From: Octopus sinensis | Lineage: Eukaryota | Direction of reading: 5' to 3' | DNA: 64,000 nt | Assembly (NCBI RefSeq): GCF_006345805.1 | Contig: NC_043000.1 | Location: forward strand, 102,114,001 to 102,178,000 | The notes under the pieces: model-generated | The model's input: the letters and a program-made list of their open reading frames with translations, nothing else | What the model was told of the DNA's origin: nothing | Database searches by the model: none | Program-made: the position numbers and the translations under genes | In this document: piece by piece, positions 26,950 through 41,505 of the stretch | How the letters are laid out: each line of letters starts with the position of its first letter | How positions within the stretch are numbered: position 1 is the stretch's first letter

Positions 26950-28130
26950 GGATATCAATACTGTTTTGCTAAAGAGTTAAATGAAAACTTCAGCAACCTT
27001 CAGAAGATATGGAAGTCAAAACTGTCTGCATTCAATAAGGCCAAATCCCAATAAGCTTTTCAGTACTACTGCAAATGCCAACATTAGGATATTAGACTGA
27101 ACACTTGAAAAGATATGCTAATTGGACTTCATGTGACGAGGAATACTAGCACCTATTGGTAACTGGCAGCAACATCAGTGGCACTGACAGGATCTATGTT
27201 AAATGGAGTCATGGAGGTCAGTCTAAACATCTTTCAGTGTCACGTTGTATCACTCAGATGATATCTACTGAACAAGAAAGGCAGAAATGTGTACATCAGA
27301 TGAATACTCGACAGCAAAAATAGTAACAGCCTGGGAGTAGAACAAGAACTCCTGAACAGGAAATCCAGCTGTTCTATGTGAACCAAGAGTGGCTGGACAG
27401 GCCTATTTGGAGGAAAACTTTTCTTCATATCAGTAGAAAGTTATGCATAGTTACATATCCTGTAGCTAAAATATACTACCAACATTGACAGGGAGAGTAG
27501 CCGCTCTTGGATTTATGATAGATATCATAACTATCTAGCATATACCACTGTTATCCAGGTGGAGTAGATAATTACTATGAATATACGATCAATGAATGAT
27601 ATAAGAATACACCTAAGCTTCCACGTTAGAACAGAAAATATTAGTTGTACCATATCAGTGTTGAAGATGTCAGCAACATAATCAGCTGCATAAATATATT
27701 TGCAAAATACTAATTTCTTGTGACACATGACATTATTGCCAAGACTGTTTATGTTATCTTCTGGCAGAATTATCTTAACGATCATACAAAAAATACATTT
27801 GAAGTTAAATGTAATCACACTTTTGAAAGTAAGGCATATTGGTGATTCCAATAAGAAACAACTCGGTGCAAACGCAACAGGTGTGATACAGGTGCGATAC
27901 TATTTTATGAGTAGAGGACAAAGGTCATGCGCTGTTGTTAGGTGCCTAGCAAATGTGAATGCCTCGTCTAAACTTGCGATAAACTAGAACATCTATGGCA
28001 AAATAATGCAATGCTTTAGTACTTATAAGTCATATCAAGACTACAGATTTTCAAATATACCTAATATCGTAGGTGCACCGGTTTGTGTAACTACAATAAA
28101 ACTGGGATTTACCAATAAGGAAGAAAGCAA
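26950..28130 (+). pseudogene. Decayed Dong/R4-type (RLE-endonuclease) LINE, 3' portion
   Basis: Peptides QKIWKSKLSAFNKA, PTLGILD*TLE, TDRIY, RHDIIAKTVY and a terminal P.IVGA motif. Confidence 0.65.
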
Positions 28131-28399
28131 ATGAATCGTGTCTTCCCAGTTTAATCGTTCAGATTAAGCTTTAATCGTATACATAAGATTATGAGAACAT
28201 TTGAAAGATTCTCTATTTCAGCTTCCTTGAGTGAATACGAAATCACATAAGTACATATCCATTACATGACTGCAACAGCATTCGCACGTTCCTCACCTTG
28301 CATGTATACTTTATCTCACTAATCTTTTGGCTTCTCTTCAATCATGCAAACTAGTTTTGTCACACTATTATTGACCGGCTTGGATTCAAAGAACCTCAG

Positions 28400-29432
<1,033 letters not shown>

Positions 29433-29800
29433 GTGGCTGTGTGGTAAGAATGTCTCCCAACCACATGGTTCCAGGTTTAGTCTCACAGCGAGGCACCTCG
29501 AGCAAGTGTTTTCTACTATAGCCTCGGGCTGACCAGATCCTTGAGAGTGAATGAAGCATGTCGTACATATATATGTTTGTGTATGTGTGCGTGTGTGTGC
29601 GCGTGTGTTTGTCTCCCACCGCTTCACAACCGGTTTTAGAGTGTTTACGTCCCCATAAGCTACCGGTTCGGCGAAAGAGATCAATAAATTAACTACCAGG
29701 CTTTAAAAAATGTACGGGGATCGATTCATTTGACTAAGATTGTTCAAAGCTGTGTTCCAGCATGACCACATTATAATGACTGAAAGAAGAGCAAGATAAA
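29433..29800 (+). mobile_element. Full-length tRNA-derived SINE with internal TG run
   Basis: Head GCGTGGCTGTGTGGTAAGAATGTCTCCCAACCACATGGTTCCAGGTTTAGTCTC and tail GCTGTGTTCCAGCATGACCACATTATAATGACTGAAAG. Confidence 0.8.
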
Positions 29801-29802
29801 AA

Positions 29803-29839
<37 letters not shown>

Positions 29840-30439
29840 GAGAGAGATGGGGGAGAGATAGAGATAGATAGATAGACAGAGACAGAGATTTATCTGCCTT
29901 GCTTTGAGCCCCCAACTATTGTGGTGGCAGTATGGACGCCGTTGTAACATATGACATTTTCTAGGGTTTTTTTAAAAAACCTAATGGACCTCATTCCCTC
30001 TTCAGGTTTGCCGTCACACAAATTCTACCAGAAAGTGTGAGAGAGAAAGAGAGAGAAACGATGATAGATATAATGAAACAGAAGGAGAAAGAAAGAGAAA
30101 GGGTGAGAAAGAGAGAGGGTAAACTATTTCATATAGTGTTTGAACTCAGACCACAGACTACCGGATGGAATACTACCAGGAAATACACCCAACACTTTAA
30201 TGGCTCAGCCAATTTGCCACCTATTTGCATATGCATAGATTTGTGTATGTGTCCGTGCGTGTGTGTTATGCGTATATAAAATACATATGATGTATATGCT
30301 TTACACACACACACACACACACGCATACAAACATGTATATAGTTATGCTTGCATATGTATGCATATTTACATATATGATAAATATAGATATAACTACAGA
30401 CGTATATATGCATAAACGTACATCCACATACATGTATCT

Positions 30440-30463
30440 GTTTGTGTGTACATACATATATAT

Positions 30464-30494
<31 letters not shown>

Positions 30495-30815
30495 TGGCTG
30501 AGGCATATGTATAATTTTTACATTCATTAATAGATAGGCAAGAAAATATATGCGTATGTACACTTGCATACATACATTTACTTAAATGCCTATATATGAA
30601 TGTGTACGTATATATATATATATATGTGTGTGTGTGTATGTGTGTGTGTGTTTGTGAGGGGTATTTGTGTGTCTACATATATATGTATATATATATATGC
30701 TCAAAAGCATATGTATAATTTTTGCATTCGTTAATAGATGGGCAAGAAAATATATGCATATATATACTTGCATGCATGCATACATTTTACCGTATGCCTA
30801 TATATATGTGTGTGC
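30440..30815. repeat. Local tandem duplication, ~220-bp period
   Basis: GCATATGTATAATTTTT(A/G)CATTC(A/G)TTAATAGAT(A/G)GGCAAGAAAATATATGC occurs at ~30503 and ~30708. Confidence 0.8.
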
Positions 30816-30902
30816 GCTTGTGTATACATATATATATGTATATGTATATATATAATGTATATATATAAATAGATATATATATGTATATGTATATATATAA
30901 TG

Positions 30903-30933
<31 letters not shown>

Positions 30934-32531
30934 GCATGTATAATTTATATACATACATACATACATACATACATACATACATACTTGTGCGTGTATACGT
31001 GTTTATGTGTGTTTGTGTGTGTATGTGTTTGTGATAATAATGTTGATGATGTTTCCTATTGCATAATAGTTTCATATGATCCGAAAACATAAATCTTGTC
31101 TGCTCCGCCATCAACACTGAAGGTTTTGAGAAAGTACTATCAATTATACTCGATACTACGTAATTTTCAGCCGCTAGTTATCTCCCTCAGAATGGCATCA
31201 ATAGGTAATGCTTTTAATTACATGAAGCTTTCTCTGTTGAGTCAGATTTCAAATGAAAAGTAACTGTATCTGCCTGTAATGTATTAGAGGATATGTACAC
31301 ACATATATATTCTCGACAAAAGTGAATGTTACCTCGTAAATATGGAAATAAACAGATACTGTTGTAGGAACACATCTGAAGAAAAGATTCATTACATTAA
31401 GCTTGGCAAAATAAATAACGACGTCGAAATGGCTATGTTACAGAGATAGGAGAAGAAAAAAATGGGTATGTAATGTGTCAATGACATTCTCAGGAGTATT
31501 ATCATGTAAGCAAAATGAAATAGTTTTGACTGGAAATCGAAACTAGTTGGCGTCTCCTTCTGTCAAGATTTTGTACGAGAATGTTTTAAAGAGATAATGG
31601 TTGAATAACTACTGTCAGTGATGCAAATAGTATAGAATGCGGAGGGACCGAACCCGTAGCTCTTGATTGTGGAGCGATTTTATATTTAATATTGGATCAT
31701 GTCTGTTTCCATATACGTAGAAAAATACCCGCCCCAACACATTTACGTAAAGGGGTATCTACGTATGAAATTTTGCCCGTTACAAGCACTTATAAAAATA
31801 GTAAGCAATAACTATCAGCAACATGTTTGCAGACAGAAATGTCCGGACTCGAATTATTTATAGTGTCTGATGAAGATCACCATTTCATTATGAACATGTG
31901 CAACAGAAATTTGATTTATTTGTTTGGACTTATTCGTTGTTTAACTCCAGGTTAGCTATGATGGAACAGAAATAATTTTGATCAAAGACTATTTCCGCTG
32001 TGTCCATACCATATTTTCTTCTGCAAAGTGTCCTCTTGGTAACATTTCCTTATGTGTATTTACTTAGGATAATATATTTTTTGTTTCTGTTGCTGTTTTT
32101 TCTTACAGCTGTGACACTACGGCGGCTAACTCACAGAAACACATTCTCTAATATATAGAATCGATTGTCATAAAATTCTTTGACAACATACAAACTTAAA
32201 TTAAACAGAACCCACGTAAAATGCACACGAGAACGTGACATTTCCTAGGATTTATTGTTATATAAATTTAAATTCGGTGACGATGATTTTTATCAATTCT
32301 AACGTTATTGAAAAACTCTTTGCCTTTTAGCTGCAACACCCGGGGACAACCCGTTACTAAGAAAGCTTATTTTGTAAATAAGGATGAGAAATTCACGAAA
32401 CGTATTCAGTTGTTGTTAGAAACATATAATAAAGAAGTGAGGAAAAACAAAATTTCTTAACTAAAAAAAGATAAACATTGAACATAGTCGTGTTTTTATA
32501 TATCATAAAAGAAAATCAACTAACATTCTCA

Positions 32532-32582
<51 letters not shown>

Positions 32583-32738
32583 TATATATATATAAGCGAT
32601 AGAGGCAGTATTAATACCGGGAGGTAATATTTATTTCCACTTGAACTTGGATGTTCTATTGGAACAAACATTACTGTGGTGTAAAATGCACGCTTGTTTA
32701 TATCGTAAGCGGGGAGATAAATCCCCTCCAACTATATA

Positions 32739-32782
<44 letters not shown>

Positions 32783-33533
32783 GCATACATACATACATAT
32801 ATTCCCAAACATTGCTCTATTTAACCTTGTCCTCCCTCCTCAGAGGACAATTCCGCTGAAATTCACTCCATACGCATGTTTCTTTCTCTTGCCTGTAACT
32901 GTCAACTTGTAGCAGTTAAAACAGACCACCCGCCACATCAACCGTTCTAATCTCGAAGGCCCATCCAATACTAAGGACAATACAATATTTTTAAAAAATC
33001 AGATTCTGAACAAAAAGTAATAATTTAAATTTATTCAGCTATTTCTACACATCTCTGAGGTGCATTTGATATCAAAAACAATCGTTATGTTATATGTTCA
33101 AAACTTCAAGATGATATTCGTTATTCCTTTACTCCTGATAGGCAATTTTCGTCGTTAGTTGACAGTATTACTGAGAAAGTAATTTAACCTCCTCTGCTGA
33201 ACCTGGGCTGTTTGCAGAAGCTAGTGCCTAGCCCTAAGTACATTTACCACGCATCAATACGCCACGAAGGAAAGACAAGTAAATGCGTTCGCGGCATCCA
33301 TGGAACTACGGGAGAAGCTACATATTCGTTAAGCTTGAGCATACATATCTATCTGAGGGTCCCGCCTTTAGGTCTTCGTGTAGGGCTTTACTTCTTTAAC
33401 CTTTTTTTCAAACGCTCTATATATTACCCTAGAAAGTCTTACTCCCACTGATGAGTACAACAAGCATCAACAAGGAACTTTCACTAAACTCAACCTCATA
33501 TGGTAGTTCCGTAATCTTCTAGGCCTTCTAGAT

Positions 33534-33873
33534 CAGAGGTTCTTTACCCTTTTTTTTATCTATGGACTCCTTTGATTACTATTTTATTCTGAGGGACCCT
33601 CGTAGCCATTCGATGTTTAAAAACTAGTTTTATAGAATTTTATTTATTATTGCTTTCACATATTAATTTGTGTAGGTTGAACTTTGTAAAATGTTAGAGA
33701 AATAAATCTAGCTGTTTCTTGCAATACATATCAATACCTATGTCTTAAGCAAAATTTGTTCAGGGTCCCTTAAAATACTATTGTGAATCCCAATTTACTA
33801 TTTTGTTGTATGGAACCCCAAAAACCTGATGTGGACCCTCAGGGGCCTTATGGACCCCAGTTGAGAACCGCAG
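33534..33873. mobile_element. hAT (Buster/Charlie-like) MITE, 340 bp
   Basis: Ends CAGAGGTTCT... and ...GTTGAGAACCGCAG. Exact 8-bp TSD TTCTAGAT at 33526-33533 and 33874-33881 fits the NTCTAGAN preference. Confidence 0.88.
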
Positions 33874-34443
33874 TTCTAGATCAACCTTGCTATTGGTTGA
33901 GAAAAGCCAGTGGCCCTGTCAGCAGTATTTTCTATTTGTTAGTTCCAGGTCAAGCTTTATCCAGTGCATTTTCCAAGGCATAGTGCACTGAGAACTACAT
34001 TATCAAATGTGCAATTTTTAAGCACAGGTGATCATAATTTATAACTTATATAGCTGCAGTTGCTAGCAGATAGACTAACCACGACCTTGAAGCAAGTTAG
34101 CTAATATGCAACAATTTATCAAACAAACCTCTACAACTATAACGGTGGATGTCATAGTAATAACATTTCTAGTCTCTTGCAATACCTTGTAATACCTTGC
34201 AGTCACCATATCTGGCACTCGCGTCAGCAAAAGAAAAGAAACGTCAATAAGTGAATCTCTGGCTTTTACAATAATTTGTGCTGCGAAAAATAAAATAAAA
34301 TAACATAAATTTCATAAGAAAATAACTCGTAAAGATTTTTAGTATTCTATATGAAATCGTGAAACCACTATCTTATAAAATAGAATATGAATGTATGTGT
34401 TTGTGTGTGTACGTATAACAGAAGATACAATAAAATCGATAGA

Positions 34444-34483
<40 letters not shown>

Positions 34484-35502
34484 GTATGTGTATATATATA
34501 TATATGTGTATGTATGTATATTTATATGTATATGATTATATTATTATATATATATATAATATATATATGCAATATAATGTATGCGTATATATACATACAT
34601 TCATACATGCATACATACATATATATTATATATATATATATTATATATATATATGCATACATATATATATATATGTATATATGTGTGTGTGTATGCGCAT
34701 AGTACGTCACAGTTCGTGAAATACAATAAGTAGTCTATGAAATATTAATGTTCAATATATCATCTCACATACAATATCTTCTGTGTAATACTCAATATAT
34801 CATCGTGTTTCCAGAGACTCACTTATGGAATATGTAACCATTAATTGTTAGAATATATCAGCTATTTATGTTCCTTGGAATTGCAAGGCCAACGTAGTCG
34901 TTTTGTCTAGAAATATGAGTTGAACTATCTTAATGACGTTCAATTACAGCAATAATAGCTTAGTTTAGTTTTCGGTTGCATTAATAGCTTTCGCTGACTA
35001 TTTGGTAGTAGTAATAGGTAAGATAAGTACACAGCACCATGTGGTTGGTTAGCTTTCGTTCTAGTATTCTGCCACACCGGTTACTTTTATAAAACGTATG
35101 AGGAATTCATTGATTGAATGGTTAAATTGGTTTCTTTTATTATTGAACGGCTGAATTAATTAAGCCGATAGTGAGTGCATATTTTGATTTTATTTATTGA
35201 TATTTTATTTCATATCGCAGGTTTCCAGTGGGCCAATAATTGGTTCACTGCATTTCTGAAGGCAGAATGATAAGAAACTGTCTCTGGTTTTTAACAGTGA
35301 CACGATGATTACACATCGGCGAGAGATGCACTCACAATCATATGTAGCTATGTGTGTGTGTGTGTGGTGTGTGTGTGTGTGTGTGCGTGTGTGTGCATAT
35401 ATATATGTATGTATGTATATATATATATATAATATATATATTATATATATATATATATATAACAAGAGAGAGACAGAAAGAAAGAGACATATAGATAGAC
35501 AG

Positions 35503-35535
<33 letters not shown>

Positions 35536-35856
35536 TAGATATATGCATATATACATGCATGCATATATATATATATATACATATATGTCTGTATGTATAC
35601 GTATATATGTATATACATACACATAGACAATTTTCTTACATAGCTGACGACCCAGCCACATAAGAGACATGGATTACATATTACTAGTAGCACATACACA
35701 CACACAATCACACGCATATACAAATATACATATATATATGTATATATGTATGTATATATGTATATACATAGATGTGTGTATGCATGCATATATATGTATA
35801 TATTTATATATGTGTATATATCTATATGTATATATATACATATATATGTATGTATG

Positions 35857-35923
<67 letters not shown>

Positions 35924-35984
35924 TATGTATATCTATCTATCTTTCTATCTGTCTGTCCGTCTCTCTTTCACTCTCCCTAATTAT

Positions 35985-37007
35985 AATTTTGTTAGGTTTA
36001 GTGGTAAAAATAATAGATATTATAAAAAAATAATAAAAATGATAAAAATATAAATAAGAATAATAATAATAATAATAAATATAATAATAATAAATATAAT
36101 AATAATAATAATAATACAAATAAGAATAATAAAAATAAAAATAAATTTAATAATTATTATAATAATTATATTGATAAAATTAATAATATTAATAATTCCT
36201 TAAATGCTGTACATAGATATAATTCTGATAATAATTTTAATAAAATAAAGAATTATAAATATATTTATAATAATGATATAATAATAAGGTTAATAAGAAT
36301 AAAATTTGGTTAATAGTTCCTTATGGAGATCAAGAAAACTAATATTTTAAAGAGATTTTAGATGTTATAGAACTATTTATTAGAGATAATCGTAAATATA
36401 GAAACATTTTCTCTTTTAATAATTTTGGAGTAGGTTATTCTACCACTAATAATGTTGGTAACATTATTTCTTCATTTAATAAAAATATAACTGAATAATT
36501 TTTATAAAAAGAAATTATTTGATAATAATATTAATAATGATAAGACTTATATTAATTGTACATGTAGAGATAAATCTAATTGTATATTAAATAATAATTG
36601 TGATATTAACGATGTAGTGTATAAATGTATAGTTACATTACATGATAATAGCTTTAAGAATAATAATTACCCAAAAGCGTTTATATAGGTTCTACTTCCT
36701 CAAAAATAAAACTAAGAATCGCACAACATATGAATTCTTTTAAAAATAAAAACTTAATCAACTCAACCGGACTTAGTAAGTACATTTGGAGTCTTAAATC
36801 ACTAAATATTAATTATAGTTTAATTTGGGAAATAATTTGTAAAACTAATCATATACTATAGGAGCTAATTGTTGTTATTTATGCTCTAATGAGTTTAAAG
36901 AAATTTTATTTTATAAGTATGATAATTTACTTAATACTGGTGAAGAGCGCAAAATAAAATGCAGACATAAGTTACTTTACCTATATAATAAGTTTCATGA
37001 TAAATAG
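35985..37007 (+). pseudogene. Penelope-like element C-terminus: Asn-rich linker and GIY-YIG endonuclease (lineage distinct from 48.6 kb)
   Basis: With a few frameshifts and stops: KIWLIVPYG..., NIFSFNNFGVGYSTTNNVGNIISSFNK, NCTCRDKSNCILNNNCDINDVVYKCIV, YIGSTSSKIKLRIAQHMNSF, TGLSKYIWSLK, CCYLCSNEF, LLNTGEERKIKCRHK. Confidence 0.85.
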
Positions 37008-37409
37008 CATTAATAGTTCCCTATTAGGTTACTTTAGTTTAGTTTTAATTAGTTTAGATAATTATATTTTTTGGTATGTAGTCTAGGCTTTAATTATAGT
37101 TAGTCTTTATTGATATTTCTTTGTTTTAATTAGTTCATTTTTAATGTATATAAATAACAGTTTATGGTATGTTAAAACTTTAATAATTTATATTAGATTT
37201 TTTTATTTTCTTTATTTATATATTTTTTTATTTTATTTTATTTTATTATGTATTTTATTATGCATTTGTTATATGTATTTTGGAGGATATATTTATATGT
37301 TGATGGGTGTTATATAGTGGTGTATTTATTGAGTTTTGTATGTATGTGTGAATGTTTACGATCCCTTTGTTTTTATTTGGTATGTTGAATTGACAGATTT
37401 TATTTGGTA

Positions 37410-37700
37410 TTGTCTGTTATAATAAAGTACACACACCCATAACAAATATAAGTGCCCACTTCATTCGCGCGTACCTGGAATTGCATGTGAGCCTCAACAT
37501 ATACACCAAACGGCCACTCCCGCCCCACACGGACAAATAAACACATACATCCCCTAAAATGGGCGTAATCCCACTCACACCAATCATATATGTATACAAT
37601 TATACACACTAGAATAATACATAACTAACCCAAATATACAGAACATACCAAAAATCACCAACAAACCACCATCACAAATGAAACCCACACCCATACAATG
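37410..37700 (-). repeat. Inverted partial copy of the 38.4-40.7 kb GT-rich unit
   Basis: CCTCAACATATACACCAAACGGCCACTCCCGCCCCACACGGACAAATAAACACATACATCCCC matches the reverse complement of ~38965-39030. Confidence 0.8.
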
Positions 37701-38399
37701 ACAAAACTCCCCCCTCCATACCCAATTTACACCCACATAGCAATCCCAATATATTCATCCATACACGGACGCACGTGCGTGAAGCACATGCACACAACAA
37801 ATACGTACAACCCCCCAATACACACTCATATACATACGTATCAAGCTCGACATCCACAGCAATACGCTTACACCCACTCACACCCAGATGGGTGAACTGC
37901 ACAACCAAGGAACGCACACACACACGTGTGCGTATTTTGATTGTGCAATTCGCCCATCTGCATGTATGCGGGCGCGATTACACCGTTGCACATATCGAAC
38001 CCAACTAGCATGCATATGTACATGTGAGGGGGTACACGCACATGCCGTGCGCGTGTACCCCCCGCATTTATACCCGTGCGTGAATATACACATGGAGACT
38101 ACCACACAGGTACAAATGTGTATAGTAAAGGGAGCCCCATCACTACACTCAATGTATACTCTCACCCATCCGCACGGATTGTGAAAGCGAATCACCGGTG
38201 TATATATTGAGGCTAATACGTAGCGCTGTGGAGGCGAACGTCTGTTGAAATTGTGAATGAATGGGTGGAGTTGGGAATTGTAACCGGGTGGTGGGCTAGC
38301 GTTGCTTAGAATTGGGAATGGAATAGTGTAGTAGTTAGGCAGGCATCGAGAATAGACTTGGGTTACTGCAAATTGTTTGTTAGAGCTGCTAAGATGAGC

Positions 38400-40700
38400 T
38401 AAAGCTCATAAATGTATATAATAATTATCATGGTAGTTTTATAAAGAATCCATTCATAATAAATTTTTTTAAGTAGTGTTGGTTTGCCAGGTGGATATAG
38501 TTTTTAGTTTATTTATTCTATTTCTCCATTCATAATTTTAAATGACGTTTACTTTCCATGGCGCGTATTCTTTTTATACATAAGTTATATTTCTATGGTA
38601 ACGTAATTTGGTTTGATTTTTTTAACGGCTTAGAATTTAATTTCACTTCATAATTTGAAACTGACTTGTAAGTATGTATTTTATTCTCCTTATGTCATAT
38701 TGTTATTTTGATATTCTGGTTAATTACGATGTATTTAATGTTGTTTTTCATTGGAGTGTTTATGTATATGAGATTGTGTGTGAGTTTTAGTTGTATAATT
38801 TATTTATCTGTATGAGTGTGGGTGTTGTAAATATTGTTGTATATATCGAGTTTAGTGAGTATGTATATGCGTATATGTGAGGGAGTATATGTATCTGTGT
38901 GTGTGTGTGTTTTGCGTGTGTGTGTGTTGTGTGTGAATGTGTATATGGGTTTGTTATTTAGGTTTGGGGGATGTATGTGTAATTTGTCTGTGTGGGGAGG
39001 GAGTGGGTTTTGGTGCATATTGAGGTTTATAAGTTAGTATAGGTATGTGTGAGTGGTGGGTATTTGTATAAGTCGTGGGTCTGTGGTTTACGTGTGTGTT
39101 GTATTTGGTGAATGTTTAGGTTAGGGGGATGATTGCTATATAGGTTTGTTATAGAGTTTAGCAAAGGGAGATTTATCGTTATATGTTTTTAAGAGTTTTG
39201 TTTTATCATGGTTTTTTTTAGGGAATTCGTGGTGGTAATTGTCTATTTTCGATGTTGGTTGTTTTATTACATTGTTTCATTCATAATTTTTGAGTGGTGT
39301 TCGTTTTGCCACGTGAATATATTTTTAATTCCATTTATTCCATTTCTCCATTCATTATTTTAAAAGATGTTCGTTTCCAGAGCGGTAATACTTTTTATAC
39401 ATATGTTAAGTTCCTTGGTAACGTAATTTTGTTTGGTGTATATGTTGAGACTTATATGTACTTGTGGGTGTGTGTGTGAGTGGGTGGGTGTTTGTATTTG
39501 TTATGGGTGTGTGGTTTACGTGTGTGTATTTGTGTGTGAATGTATAGGTTAAAGGGATTGCTATATAAGTATGTTATAGTGTTTAGTAAAGGGAGGTTTT
39601 ATCATTTATGTTTTTGTGAGTTTTAGCTTATCATGGTAGTTTTATAAAAGAATCCATTCATAATTTTTTTTAAATAATGTTGGTTTACCGCGTGTATATA
39701 ATTTTTAATTCCATTTATTCTATTTCTCCATTCATAATTTTAAGTGAGGTTTGCTTCCATAGCGCGTATTCTTTTTATACTTAAGTTATGTTCCTATGGT
39801 AACGTAATTTGGTTTGATGTTTTTAACGGATTAGAATTTAATTTCACTTCATAATTTGAAACTGACTTGAAAGTATGTATATTATTTCTCCTTATGTCAT
39901 ATTATTATTTTTGATATTCTGGTTACTTACGATGTATTTTATATATCGTATTGTGTAATAATGTTGTTTTTCTTTTGAGTATTTATGTATGTGGGATTGT
40001 GTGTGTGAGTGTGTGCGTATTTTGGTTGTGTAGTTTGTTTATCTGTATGAATGTGGGTGTGTTAATATTGTTGTATATGTCGAGTTTGGTGAGTATGTAT
40101 ATGTATATGGTGTGTGTTTTACGTATGTATATTTGTGTGTGAATGTGTTTATGGGTTTGCTATTTAGGTTTGGGGATGTATGTGTTTATTTGTCTGTGTG
40201 GGGTTGAGTGGGTTTTTGGAGTATATGTTGAGGTTTATATGTATGTATAGGTATGTGTAAGTGGTGTGGGTATTTGTATATGTCGTGGGTGTGTGGTTTA
40301 CGTGTGTGTATTTGTGTGTGAATGTTTAGGTTAGGGGGATTGCTATATAGGTATGTTATAGAGTTTAGTAAAGGGAGATTTTATCATTATATGTTTTTAT
40401 GAGTTTTGGTTTATCATGGTAGGTTTGTTAAGGAATTCGTAGTAATTTGTGTCTATTTGCGATGTCTGTTGTTTTATTGCATTGTTTCATTCATAATTTT
40501 TAAGTAGTGTTCGTTTTACCAAGTGAATATAATTTTTAATTCCATTTATTCCATTTCTCCGTTCATAATTTTAAGTGATGTCCGTTTCTAGAGCGGGAAT
40601 GTGGGTTGTATGTGTGTGTGTGGGAGTATGAATAAGTATTGTGTTGAAGTATTTATCTATTTTATTTATTTATAGTTGCCTAGACGTTTTTATGTGTATG
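38400..40700. repeat. Tandem duplication, ~1.2-kb period, alternating GT-rich (C-poor) and AT-rich segments
   Basis: AAGAATCCATTCATAAT...CTATGGTAACGTAATTTGGTTTGAT...GAAACTGACTTG at ~38445 and ~39649. GT-rich block at ~38740 and ~39960. Confidence 0.9.
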
Positions 40701-41024
40701 TATAGGGATATATATATAGGTGTGTGATTTAGTGTATGTAGTTAGATATGGTTATATATAATTAGTTATATGTGTATGGGTGTATATATAGTTTATTATT
40801 ATATTATTATAATTTTTTTGTTTTGTTTTATATTTTATATTTTATATTTTATATTTAATTGTTGATAGGTTTATTTTAGTTTATATATTGTTTATATATT
40901 GATTATATATGGATTATATATAGGTTATATATGGATTATATATTTATATTTTTTCATTAATACTTTAATTATTTTAAAATTATTATTTTTATATTTTAAA
41001 ATATTGATATTTTAGATTGGAAGT

Positions 41025-41067
41025 CCACCTGAAGATTGTCAATCAAGACAAGAAACAATTGTAGTGG
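41025..41067 (+). ncRNA. Minimal type I hammerhead, family B, intact core
   Basis: CCAC CTGAAGA TTGTC-AATCAA-GACAA GAAAC AATT GT A GTGG. The downstream ~85 bp is homologous to 2826-2910. Confidence 0.82.
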
Positions 41068-41160
41068 CGGTTTTTTTGACTATTTATTAAAATTTTATGT
41101 ATTGATTAAGTCTTTCCTTGTTTGTTTTGCAAAATAGTGGTTTTGTCTCTAATAATATTT

Positions 41161-41201
<41 letters not shown>

Positions 41202-41505
41202 ATGTATATATAAATGTAATTTAGATTCAGTTGAATTAGGTACTTAAATTGAAGCACCTTGTTAGAACAAACTTATTTGCACACTCAGGCAATATTAGGT
41301 GATTATCAAACTCTACATAACATGCTTTCCACCCCATATTCATGCAGTGTGTGCAGATGGCATGATCCAACTTGGTGAATTAGTCCGCTCTTATTTCTCC
41401 AGACATGTACTTAATATAAAGATACCATCCAAATACTTCCGAAGTGTAGATTTCAGTGTAGGTGAGTAAAATATAAATGAGTAACAAAAATGTATAAGTT
41501 TCAAT

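Noticed and set aside
36500-37007. Selenocysteine-encoding (Naiad-type) PLE
   Set aside because: The Cys positions are TGT/TGC here, with no in-frame TGA at conserved Cys sites.
40290-40400. Minus-strand LPLLN...HTRKP as hypermutated PLE RT thumb (LPFLD...YRKP)
   Set aside because: The similarity is short and expected from CA-rich low complexity, and downstream motifs are absent.
41403-41461. Possible 59-nt internal exon (CTCCAG...TAG/GTGAGT; HVLNIKIPSKYFRSVDFSV)
   Set aside because: The splice signals are good, but it lies within PLE-end-like sequence and no partner exons were found. It cannot be supported without transcripts.
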